From Nemertoderma westbladi (Eukaryota; Animalia; Xenacoelomorpha): a stretch of 54,467 bases of DNA. The stretch lies in the NCBI GenBank assembly GCA_032718475.1, contig JAUCBJ010008356.1, forward strand, positions 1 through 54,467. Direction: 5' to 3'. This document shows positions 36,492-47,482 of the stretch, in pieces. The translations under genes were made by a program, and so were the position numbers. The notes beneath the pieces are model-generated. The model did no database searches, had not been told where the DNA came from, and saw only the letters and a program-made list of their open reading frames with translations. Numbering within the stretch: position 1 is the stretch's first letter; each line of letters opens with the position of its first letter.

Positions 36492-38297
36492 TCATGCAAA
36501 TTTATATTTCCGTGACTTCGCAACAAACACATTCTTGTATTGATGAATCATTTCTTTCTGAACAGCCTCTGCTTTAGAAGCTTCTTCGGCCAATGCAACT
36601 AGGCCACGCTTAAGGGATTCATTCTCATCGCGTTCTACTTTCAATTTTACCTCAAGGTTATCCACACTATCAGCCAATACTGATATATCCACAGACTGCG
36701 ATAAAGATGAGCGCAGCGACCTTCTCTGAAACTCGACCAATTGCATTTCCGTTGCTATGGCAGCGTTACTAACAATCTGGGAATAAAAGTTATCTGAAAC
36801 GTAATCGAGTTTCTCGTTGGCCTCCTTTATCTGTCTCTTTAGTACCGAAACAAGTTCTACCAATCGATCGCGATCTACCTCAATCCCGGCGCAGCTGTGG
36901 ATCAGAAGGTCCACAACTCGGTCACCGGATTCATTCGTATCCTCTCGAGTGAAATATTCCCGTAGCGATTGCGGCATGCGCTGCAGATCCGCATTGTTTT
37001 CCAAAATCTCGTAATCTTTACTGCCGTCATCATCTCGCCGGGAGACGCCGGGGGTTGGAGGGCGTCTGAATCTCGGACTGTGGGCGGATTGTTTGCGAAT
37101 TGGGAGAGAGAAACGCACCGCCCCGGAATATCCAACCCCGCGCGCGTCACTAACAGTCGGCGAACCCACCGGCCCCGGCTTCGATTTGTAGTAACTTAAT
37201 TGATTCTGCAATTGCTGGATTTGTTTCGCTCTGGAATTTATAATGAGGTGGAGTTCTGGAAGTTTTGAATCGGTTTCCATGTTCTCATCTGTCCGATATT
37301 CGGATTCCCCATCAATAGACTGAGCGATAGTCACTCGTACTTCGTTCTGTTCTTCAAGTAGATTCTCAATGTGCTGATCAATTTGTGAAACTTTATCTAG
37401 TAGTCCGGTTAATTGTATTTTCAGTTTATTATTTTCGGTATTAAGTACATCGTGTCTCACTTTCCCTGCCTTTGTTTGTTCTTGTAAAGTTTCGATTCTA
37501 TCTTGTAGAATCTTCAACTCGGATTCATATTTGGTTTCTCTGTCTCGTTGCGCTCGTTTCGAAGTGCGAATAAACTTGGAGTACCTCGCCTCGTAAGTGT
37601 CCGTGTCTCGACTCGGGGTTGAAATCGCGGAATCTATTGACATGCGCCATCTAGCGGGCACCATTCCTAATTGAGTTTTCTGCTCGTATATTTGGTGCTG
37701 TAGTATCATTATGTGTTGCTGACGTTGTCTGGACCCCTCACTACCAGCCGCATACAACTGTGCCATGTTCGCTTCGTAACCAATCTCTTTGCATAAAATA
37801 TGATTTAATTTCACCATTTCTTGTTTTTGTTCCTCGCAGGTTTCTTTACATTCGGAAATTAATTGCTTCGTACTCTTAACACGCTCCACTATTTCATCCT
37901 TCGAAAGTCTAAGTACCGGCACAGTTTTTCGGCTAATTTCATCTTTGCTTTGTAGTGAGTTTTGCAATTTTGCTGCTACGAATTGTTGTTTAAGAACCAA
38001 GGCGTTCAGCCTTCGAACTTCTTTAGAGAGTTGTTGAATTTTAATGAGCGATTTCTCAATAGGAGCGTCACCATCTTCAATAATATTATTTTCGTGATCA
38101 ATTAGTTTCTTTTTGTAAAACCGAATGAATTTTTCCTTTTCTTTAACGTGTTTCTTCAGCGATACTCTCTCGTCACGTAACCTATGGACCTCTCCTTCAT
38201 AGTAATAAGTTTGTTCCTCCGGGTAAAAAAACTTTGTTCGCAACTTCCGATTGTGGATTTCATCGTAACTTGCGGAAAGTGTTGCCCCGGTTGCCAT
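36492..38297 (-). CDS. CCDC13: Coiled-coil protein, CCDC13-like, single-exon CDS
   Basis: 601 aa of heptad-rich sequence. ILCKEIG...GSRQRQQHIMILQHQI resembles the conserved CCDC13 block, and KVRHDVLNTE and LKVERDENESLK fit too. Assignment is from recalled motifs only. Confidence 0.65.
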   Translation of the reverse strand: MATGATLSASYDEIHNRKLRTKFFYPEEQTYYYEGEVHRLRDERVSLKKHVKEKEKFIRFYKKKLIDHENNIIEDGDAPIEKSLIKIQQLSKEVRRLNALVLKQQFVAAKLQNSLQSKDEISRKTVPVLRLSKDEIVERVKSTKQLISECKETCEEQKQEMVKLNHILCKEIGYEANMAQLYAAGSEGSRQRQQHIMILQHQIYEQKTQLGMVPARWRMSIDSAISTPSRDTDTYEARYSKFIRTSKRAQRDRETKYESELKILQDRIETLQEQTKAGKVRHDVLNTENNKLKIQLTGLLDKVSQIDQHIENLLEEQNEVRVTIAQSIDGESEYRTDENMETDSKLPELHLIINSRAKQIQQLQNQLSYYKSKPGPVGSPTVSDARGVGYSGAVRFSLPIRKQSAHSPRFRRPPTPGVSRRDDDGSKDYEILENNADLQRMPQSLREYFTREDTNESGDRVVDLLIHSCAGIEVDRDRLVELVSVLKRQIKEANEKLDYVSDNFYSQIVSNAAIATEMQLVEFQRRSLRSSLSQSVDISVLADSVDNLEVKLKVERDENESLKRGLVALAEEASKAEAVQKEMIHQYKNVFVAKSRKYKFA

Positions 38298-38439
38298 GCC
38301 AATCTGTTGTTTACAAAATAAACGAAAGAGTCAAAGAAAGTAACATTTAACACATTAAAAAATGACACTGAAGAATGTTATACTGTAGAGCCGTAGGATT
38401 TGCACATTGACCGTTTTTCACACAGCTGTCGATCAGTAG

Positions 38440-38710
38440 TTACGTATCCCCGTGGTAACTCGGGTTTCCTGCACCGAACGCCGAAGGATCCAACTTATCT
38501 TTTCCCCGTTTTCCCGGCGAGCCGCAGCAGCTGCTCTGGGCGGTGCTGGACTCACTGTCCGATGGCGTGTCCAGAATTCCGCCCGTAATGGTTTTGTGGG
38601 ACCGCCGATTCCACCGTCGGTAGAGGAACAGGGCGGCGACGGTAAACAGAACAACAACCGCGATCAACAGAATGGCGATACCAAAGAGAAAAACAGCCTC
38701 ATTAACGTTA
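38440..38710 (-). CDS. Probable terminal coding exon of a single-pass membrane protein (TM helix plus cytoplasmic tail with NPxY)
   Basis: GC-rich open frame begins at a strong acceptor (ttttttccag|). It encodes a 24-aa hydrophobic run, basic stop-transfer RRWNRR, a Ser-rich tail and GNPSY five residues before the stop. There is no in-frame ATG after the acceptor. Confidence 0.6.
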
Positions 38711-38904
38711 CTGGAAAAAATTAATAATATAGTTACTGTAAAAGTATTCCAATTATAAAACAAATTATGCTTATACGTTTATTAATATAATTCCTGTTGC
38801 GGTAAAATTATTATTTTTATATTATATTAATACATTAAAGCTTATTAGGTAGTTTATTAAAATTAATGAATTAATTTTTAATATCTTATTTATTATAGTG
38901 GATA

Positions 38905-38990
38905 GGAGTAGCGCCCACCCCTACCCTCGGGTAGCAGCTATCGAAAGAGGAGCCTTCGGGTCGCCTCCGGCTTCTGCCGACTGTTTGCTT
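38905..38990 (+). mobile_element. 5'-truncated SINE (structured 3' tail only)
   Basis: Nearly identical to 49076-49161. Confidence 0.8.
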
Positions 38991-39060
38991 GATTTATTAT
39001 AGTGTTTACTTCTATTTTTTGTATAGGTATGGAATCCAGGGTTATTCTCACAACTTTGAT

Positions 39061-39505
39061 ACTACTACTACTAATATTAGGGGCGGCATGCTGCATTGCA
39101 GCTGCATTATATATATATATATTACATATATATTAATTATATATGCTGTGCCGGCTTGTCTACAAAATTCCGCCGCCACAACTCCCTATCACCCATTACA
39201 TTTGCTAGATCATCCGCATCTTTAAGGCCAGTGTCCTTTAAGATGCGTCTCAAGAAAGTCATGGGATGTCCACCATGCTTATTCACTCCATGAGGCTGCC
39301 AAAGCAGAAGATTATGCACTGGCTGGTCCTCACGGCGAAAGCAATGTCCTGCAGTGCGGCGGTGATTTTGTTCTACTATCAAGCTTGGAGGAACCAATGA
39401 GACACATCCAATGTTATATAGTGTCTGGTTGGAGATGTGTGCATTGTACTTGACACAGTGAAGCCGACGTAGCATTCTTGTGATGGGCCATCCAGAGATT
39501 TGGTG
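39061..39505 (-). mobile_element. RTE-clade LINE, 5'-truncated
   Basis: (TAG)n tail and ORF C-terminus TRMLRRLHCVKY...ELWRRNFVDKP. Confidence 0.88.
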
Positions 39506-40434
39506 CAACAACTTTGATGCAACAAGTCAATACATTATTACATGTTGTATCTATAATGAAGTTACCAATCCTCCCTGACCTCCCTAAGAATAATATCCGT
39601 TGCTCCACAGGTAACGGAAATTACAATGTGTTCCACATAATTGTTAAATAATCTCGTTAGTAGAGCGATTTTCATGAGAGGTATCACAACGCATTTGGAA
39701 CAAAATACTTTAAGTTGCACCGCAGCAGCGCAGATAAGCACGTTAATGTATTAATTGCAATTCACTTAATTACGATGTAATCGGGGATTCAGTAGTTTAG
39801 AATGAATGAGATTTGTTCACATTGATCCCAAAAATTTATAAAACATCCACAAATTATATATAATTATTATTAAAAATGGCGTTTTTAATAAGTTAAGTTT
39901 ATATTAAAATGCAAACATTATACAAAAATATATTATATTTGTTATTATTAATTTGTTAACTGTAGGTTGGCTTTTCTTTCTATATTTATGCAACTAATTT
40001 ATTTGAATGGATGTGATTAGCAGCTGATAAACTTAGCGTTATTACGGTAACTAGGCTACTAACAATAATTTGGCCCAGTTGGCTTATTATATTACCCACC
40101 ACTCACCTCATTATGACGAATATATAATAAATTATATCCTAAGTCTTTGGAACCAATATTGTGGTAATTATTCGTAAGGGCATTCATAAACCGGCTATAA
40201 GACAAACCTTAAAGTCTGCAAGTGGTGGCTTGTATTGTAACTTATCAAAATAATCAATAGTTGTAATTGCAGATTGTCATAATGTAACCAAAATTAAATC
40301 ATAAACAATAAACAATATAGCATGCTGAAAATTTAAAATTTATCATTTATATTTTTAAATTATTATTTAAATCTTTCTTTAATTATTTACTAAACTACGA
40401 AGGCCTTTCTGTCGACGGAGAAACTGCGTTCCAC

Positions 40435-41660
40435 AAACGTAGAAGAAACTGGGTGCTAGGTTCCAGAAATATAGTGTGTTACACCTACACGCTAGGAACT
40501 AGGTGCTAGGTTCCACAAACATAGTGTGTTACACCTACACGCAAGAAACTAGGTGCTATGTGGTACAAACATAGTGTGTTATTACACCTTCACGCAAGGA
40601 ACTGGGTGCTAGGTGCCACAAACATAGTGTGTTACACCTACACGCAAGAAACTAGGAGCTAGGTTCCACAAACATAGTGTGTTTCACCTACACGAAAGGA
40701 ACTAGGTGCTATGTGGTACAAACATATTGTGTTACACCTTCACGCAAGAAATTAGGTGCTAGGTGCCACAAACATAGTGTGTTACACCTTCACGCAAACA
40801 ATTAGGTGCTAGGTGCCACAAACATAGTGTGTTACACCTACACGCAAGGAACTGGGTGCTAGGTGTCACAAACATAGTGTGTTACACCTACACGCAAGAA
40901 ACTAGGTGCTAGATTCCACAAACATAGTGTGTTTCCCCTACACGAAAGGAACTAGGTGCTATGTGGTACAAACATAGTGTGTTACACCTTCACGCAAGGA
41001 ACTGGGTGCTAGGTGCCACAAACATAGTGTGTTACACCTACACGAAAGGAAATAGGTGCTGTGTGGTACAAACATAGTGTGTTTCACCTACACGAAAGGA
41101 ACTAGGTGCTATGTGGTACAAACATAGTGTGTTACACCTTCACGCAAGAAATTAGGTGCTAGGTGCCACGAACATAGTGTTACACCTACAGGAAAGAAAC
41201 TAGGCGCTTGGTGCCGCCAACATATTGTTACACCTACACGCAAGGAACTGGGTGCTAGGTGCCACAAACATAGCGAGTTACACCTACAAGCAAGAAACTA
41301 GGTGCTAGGTGCCACAAACATAGTGTGTTACACCTACAGGCAAACAGGCAAGGAACTAGGTGCCACAAACGATGTGTTATACCTACACGCAAGGAACTAG
41401 GTGCCATAAACAAGGTGTTACACCTAGATGCATGGAACTAAGAACTAGGTTCCACAAATTAAGTGATGTGTTACCTATGCCCAAGGACCTAAGAGCTAGG
41501 TGCTACAAACAACGTGTTACACCTACACGAAAGGAACTAGATGTTCGGTGCCACAAACAACGTGTTACACCTACACGAAAGGAACTAGGTGTTCGGTGCC
41601 ACAAACATAGTGTGTTACACCTACACGAAAGGAACTAGGTGTTCGGTGCCACAAACATAG
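40435..41660. repeat. Minisatellite, ~50-bp unit acacctacacgcaaggaactaggtgctaggtgccacaaacatagtgtgtt
   Basis: About 24-25 diverged tandem units with no unique spacers. Confidence 0.93.
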
Positions 41661-41830
41661 TTTATTATTAGTATTTTGGGTGAATGAGTAGTGTGCATTT
41701 GTACAACGCGTATTTGTAAGTCGCTACCTTTCATTGTGCAGATGATGGTATTGACAGATGGGAATTCATGATCAAGTAAATTGCGGATATACAAGGTATC
41801 AGGTAGAATTTCCAGCTCTACCTTTTATCT

Positions 41831-42030
41831 GAGCCGCTAGCTGAATGGTTAGAGCGTCAGACTTCCAACCCGGAGGTCACCAGTTCGATCCCACCTGGAC
41901 GTCATTGCCGACTTTGTAAAGCTGTGCCCAACAAAAGTTACAATCATAGTGTCGCACCTATGCGCAATGGACAGGAGGGGGCCTACGCTAAGTGCGGCAA
42001 AAATCTAGCAGAGAGAATAATAAAGTAAAG
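41831..42030 (+). mobile_element. tRNA-derived SINE (family 2)
   Basis: A box tagctgaatgg, B box agttcgatccc and a TCC-like anticodon loop, but unpaired stems. Followed by a ~110-bp body and an A-rich tail. Confidence 0.65.
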
Positions 42031-42119
42031 CGTACTAGTTCGCTAATAGAACATGCGGCGTAAGCGGGAGTTGCAAGAATTACAATTATACAAAAATATT
42101 ACAGCTACTATTTCCTAAT

Positions 42120-42940
42120 AGTTCTGAAATGTAGAGCGCGCTCCTTGGATGAATGGATTGTCTGTACTATTTAGTGGGAGGTCTGCGTGAAATTTGCGAT
42201 AGTGATGATCATTGCGGATGTAGTTTTTCCGTCAATATTCCTAACTGCATTGTGGTGTCTGGACATGCGTGTGCGAAATTGTGTGTAGGTTTCTCCTATA
42301 TATGTTTCTCCTCAGAGACTACATGTTATAGCGTAGACAACAACGTTCTTGGTGGTGCACTGAGTGGATCCATGGTTACAAGTGTAACAGGGTACCTGGG
42401 CGGGTGCGGGACATTTGGTTGGGTTCAACCTGGACCTGGTGACGAGCCGTTGGAGCTTACGACCTGGCGTCGCTACTACCCTAGTTATACCTGCAAGTGG
42501 AGCCCTGCGGACAATCGATTGGATCTTCTTTGATGTCTTCGTTTATAAACGGGACTACTAACGGTATGGGTGATGGTCCTGGTGGGCTTATAGTGGCTGG
42601 ATGGTTATCCGTCTTATCTGATTGGGTAACTACTGTATGGATGAGTCTATCTACCGTGTGTGGGGGATAATCGTTATTAAGTAAGACCTCCCGCACCTTC
42701 TCTACTCATTGATTCCTTCCGGCTGTAGTCGAGCCGTACCGAATTGCTCTCCTTACGGCTTGACCGGCTGTGTTGTTAATGATGGTTTTGGGGTGGTTAC
42801 TAACGTGGTTGAGTAGAATCCCCACTTTGGCCGGTTTAGTATAAAGTTCAAAGTAGTACCTTCAAATAGTTCCTTCAATATTTATGGTTGTTAATACGTC
42901 TAGAAAGGGGATACTAGAGTAAGAGTGTTCGAGTGTTCGG
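42120..42940 (-). mobile_element. Penelope-like element fragment (RT thumb + GIY-YIG), copy 1, frameshifted
   Basis: IPFLDV...LYTKP, HPKT, NDYP, PLVVPF and VVYAITC..GETYIGETY motifs; homologous to 46598-47482. Confidence 0.85.
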
Positions 42941-43635
42941 ACGTTGCAAGAATTAAAATTATGTAAATGTTTTTAACTTCGTGACTGAATTATGATAATA
43001 TTGGGGTTCAAAAAATATTACAGCTACTATTTCCTAATAGGCCAGCGGTTCCAGCTGTTGTTTTAGTTTTTATAATTTTTATCACAACCCATAAAAATTT
43101 GAATAGAAAACATTTATACATATTAAATTAGACGTATACTAGATACACAAGTCAAATATTTCACACACATACGCAGACGCACGCGGGTTAAAGATATACA
43201 ACACAGCATACAAATTATAAATTTGGAAATGTATATATTTAACAAACACAATAAAAACACCTATAAATACACCTTATATCAACTAGATTACGAGTTACAC
43301 ACCTGAATAATATGATAATTTATTTACTTAAACAAATATGTTGTGGTGTATCCAGCATGTTAATAACTAACACGCAACACAAATCCATTATCACCAAACA
43401 CAGTCTATCAATCGGTAGATGGAACTAAAATTTGGGTACAGCCATGGGCCAAACTACTAATCTTTTTGAAAAAAAATTTTTTGTAAACTTTTGGGATATG
43501 AGGGAGTATTAATAATCATACCAACTATTATTCCAACAATAATGGGAAGAATTACATCCCAATTTCTAAAGTGCGCTAATTCCGATAATGGTGGTCGCAG
43601 GTTGAATGATTGAAAATATTTGTAAAGTATATCTA

Positions 43636-44214
43636 CTACTACTGCTACTAGGATCGGCATGCTGCATTGCAGCTGTATTTTTAAGAATGCTGTGCCGGCT
43701 TGTCAACAAAATTGCACCGCCACAACTCCCTATCACCCATGACATTTGCTAGATCATCCGCATCTTCAAGGCCAGTGTCCTTTAAGATGCGTCTCAAGAA
43801 AGTCATGGGCTGTCCACCATGCTTATTCACTCCATGAGGCTGCCAAAGTACAATATTATGCACTGGCTGGTCCTCACGGCGAAAGCAATGTCCTGCAAAG
43901 CGGAGGCGATTTTGTTCTAGTGTCAAGCTTGGGGGAACCAATGAGACACCTCCAATGTTATGTAGTGTCTGGTTGGAGATGTGTGCATTGTACTTGACAC
44001 AATGAACCCGGCGTAGCATTCTTGTAAATGTGCCATCCAGAGATTTGGTGTCCTCAGCAGTTAGAGCCCAGCATGGACTCCCGTAGAGGAGTACTGGAAC
44101 TACTGCTGCTCTAAATAATCGGACCTTAAGTTTCCGATTAATTCTCGGTGACTTCCAAATCCTGGAAAGCCTATTCAAGGCTGCCCATGCCTTTCCCTTA
44201 CGTATTCGAAATAT
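43636..44214 (-). mobile_element. Young 5'-truncated RTE LINE with 10-bp TSD
   Basis: Intact 165-aa C-terminal frame. TSD agtatatcta at 43626-43635 and 44215-44224; the empty site is present in the paralogous block at 48180-48189. Confidence 0.93.
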
Positions 44215-46597
44215 AGTATATCTAGTTTAGTATTGACACTGATACTTATGAAAAGAAAAACTATAATTATGAGTAATGTATATTTTCTTAAAGAAAATAT
44301 GTTTACTAAAGAATGATTATTATAAAGAACTATTATTCATTACTATAATTTGATCTGACACAAGCTATAAATTAGGTAAACATATATCAATTAAAAGGCA
44401 TTGAGAGAAGTATTGTTTTTCAAAGATGTACCATCTGATAAATTGTACAGCATCATCAACAAAAAAACATGTCACTGTGCACAGTACATCGAACGCGTCT
44501 TCTATACACAGTGATATTGTACCACTGCGTGCAACGGAAAAAACACTTCAAGGTCGAATACATCAAAGCAATAATATATATTCAATGAATGGCTACGCGG
44601 GATGAGGCCCTAGGGGTCAGTACAATACAATTGCCACCAGAATATTGATGGACCCCATCGCTCACCCTACGGTAGTATAATAGTATACCGGCCCGACACG
44701 TCACCCAAGGCAAGAAGTTACCGAGACCGCGCATAGGAACGTAAGAAAATAAATATAAGTTGATTATACGGCAGTAATTGGATATGTCAATCCAAAAAAT
44801 ATATCGTTTTTTTGTTCTCAAACGACTTCCGACCAATGATGCAATACAAACATTAGTTCAGATTAGCTTAATTAGCTTAGTAAACGAACTTAAAATTATA
44901 ATAAAATATATTATATATTTATTTAATATAATTTATATTCAATTGTATTAATTAATGTGAGCTTAAGCGCGCATAGCGATTAATTAAGAATTAAGGATAG
45001 GAATTGATCTGGGATTGGAATAGAACGTGTACCACGCCTGGCGCCATCCTTGAATTACTACAGTAGCTAAGGTGAAAAAATCTGAGAATGATGTTGCACC
45101 ATGGCCCTCGATAGTCTGTTATATAACTAAAATTCAAGCCGCTGCTGTACAGCTAACAACTCTGTAGTATATTTGGATACGTCATTAATTTGGTACCGTG
45201 TTGTTTAGTACCGCTTTAAAAAACTGCGTAAACGCCGTCCGCGCAAGAAAGACTAACTGTTTAGAGTATTTACATATATTAGAAACTGTGATTTTTGTAT
45301 ATTTATAAACTTGAATCCCATTTTCTGGGAGCGGTGTAAAGGCTTTTGCGGATATACTCAGTCCCCCTCGCCCGCAAGGTACCGTTATAGGTGTTTTAAC
45401 GGACATAAAAGTCATTCTTCTATATACGTGCTTTGGTGGACATGGTAAGGCAAAAAACCCGCAATGCACCAAATACCCTGGCACAGCTTAGCCTTGATGA
45501 TTCAGATTACGACATCTAACAGCTGGTTGCTGACATGGAAACGGCCATTGGACACATGGTTCTTTATTTAGCTTAACAGCCAATCAGAGCGATTTTGTCT
45601 GTCGATGTGGAGATTTTTGGCCGATCGTGCTAGGAGTGTTCAGTCTTACTGTTTTTTCTATATACTGTTGTGTTGTTTCTATCTAGGCCAGGAACACCGG
45701 CTCTAGAGTCAATTCGTTTCAGACTTTAGAAGAAACATTAGTAGGCTTAATATTATAGAGCGTATAACTGTTATCAGTCCATATCATATATCACATATCA
45801 TAACTTGTCATATCATATCTTAACCTACCGTCTTAATGTTTTTACTGTTGTCATATTTTGTATCAGTTGGTTGAATACTATTTGGAGAACATTTATAAAG
45901 AACCCAAATTTCCCAATTTTCTTGATACACTACAGGTTAGAGAGACGGGTTATATATAGCGATTGCGACTTATATTATTGTGGTTTGTAGTGAATTTAAT
46001 GCTATTTGATAAGCACTACATGAGTCCGTTGCTGTTCTCTTTATATATGATAAAATTCATTGACGGTCGGCAAATTAGTGAGCAGTATTGTGTGTTACCG
46101 GTAGTGTGCATGATTGTGGCTGATAACTAAGCATTTCCTAAAGAATGCGCCTCATACGTGAATCATAAGCCTTACCGACTTACCGTTGTGATTAGTATAA
46201 GTCATATCTCTGTTTACCTAGATAGAGCGCCACGTCCTAAAGGAACTGTTAATATTTCCCGAAAGTGAATAATATTAGTCAGAAATTATTTATTAACGAT
46301 CAATCGAATAATACAGTAAGCTTACACTGCAATAATAATCTAAGCCCTCAGAATCCAGTCTCCCGGGTATATCCAGCGGGTGAATGGACGCGCACTAGGC
46401 TGGCTTCTGCTAATGTTGTGTTTATTGGTATTAAATATTTGTCAACTTCTAAAGTCTATTTATAAACCAAAAGACATATAAATTTTGGCAGGTTAAACTG
46501 CTAAAGGTCTTCAAAAGCGCGTACAATATGTTTTAACTTCGTGACTGAAATATGATAATACTGGGGTTCAAAAATATTACAGCTACTATTTCCTAAT

Positions 46598-47482
46598 AGT
46601 TCTGAAATGTAGAGCGCGCTCCTTGGATGAATGGATTGTCTGTACTATTTAGTGGGAGGTCTGCGTGAAATTTGCGATAGTGATGATCATTGCGGATGTA
46701 GTTTTTCCGTCAATATTCCTAACTGCATTGTGGTGTCTGGACATGCGTGTGCGAAATTGTGTGTAGGTTTCTCCGATATATGTTTCTCCACAGAGACTAC
46801 ATGTTATAGCGTAGACAACAACGTTCTTGGTGGTGAACTGAGTGGACCCATGGTTACAAGTGTAACAGGGTACCTGGGCGGGTACGGGACATTTGGTTGG
46901 GTTCAACCTGGACCTGGTGACGAGCCGTTGGAGCTTACGACCTGGCGTCGCTACTTTCCTAGTTATACCTGCAAGTGGAGACCTGCGGACAATCGATTGG
47001 ATCTTCCTTTTAATGTCTTCGTTTATAAACGGGACTACTAACGGTATGGGTGATGGTCCTGGTGGGCTTATAGTGGTTGGAGGGTTATCCGTCTTATCTG
47101 ATTGGGTAACTACTGTATGGATGAGTCTCTCTACCGTGTGTGGGGGATAATCGTTATTAAGTAAGACCTGCCGCACCTTCTCTACTCATCGATCCCTTCC
47201 GGCTGTAGTCGAGCCGTACCGAATTGCTCTCCTTACGGCTTGACGGGCTGTGTTGTTAATGATGGTTTTGGGGTGGTTACTAGAATTGCTCTCCTTACGA
47301 CTTGACGGGCTGTGTTGTTAATGATGGTTTTGGGGTGGTTACTAAAGTGGTTGAGTAGAATCCCCACGTTGGCCGGTTTAGTATAAAGTTCAAAGTAGTA
47401 CCTTCAAATAGTTCCTTCAATATTAATGGTTGTTAATACGTCTAGAAAGGGGATACTAGAGTAAGAGTGTTCGAGTGTTCGG
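46598..47482 (-). mobile_element. Penelope-like element fragment, copy 2
   Basis: 175-aa ORF with a Cys-rich linker (CP..PCYTC) and GIY-YIG (VVYAITCSLCGETYIGET...RMSRH); contains an internal ~60-bp duplication at about 47221-47343. Confidence 0.87.

Noticed and set aside
26955-41660. Tandem arrays as CRISPR-like arrays
   Set aside because: Units are contiguous with no unique spacers, there are no cas genes, and the context is eukaryotic.
41831-41905. tRNA-Gly(TCC)-like gene (and a tRNA-Cys-like sequence at 48932-49002)
   Set aside because: Acceptor and anticodon stems do not pair, and both continue into SINE bodies.
42153-42533. Cys-rich plus-strand ORFs (also 46631-47041)
   Set aside because: Antisense shadows of the Penelope GIY-YIG coding region.
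42861-42866. In-frame TGA in the PLE RT region as possible selenocysteine recoding
   Set aside because: Not at a conserved Cys position, sits in a short local duplication (ttgaaggaact/ttgaaggtact), no SECIS was seen, and the fragment carries other disruptions.
44582-44836. Identical 84-aa ORF at two loci (also 48547-48801)
   Set aside because: Identity reflects the DNA duplication; non-ATG start and no protein features.
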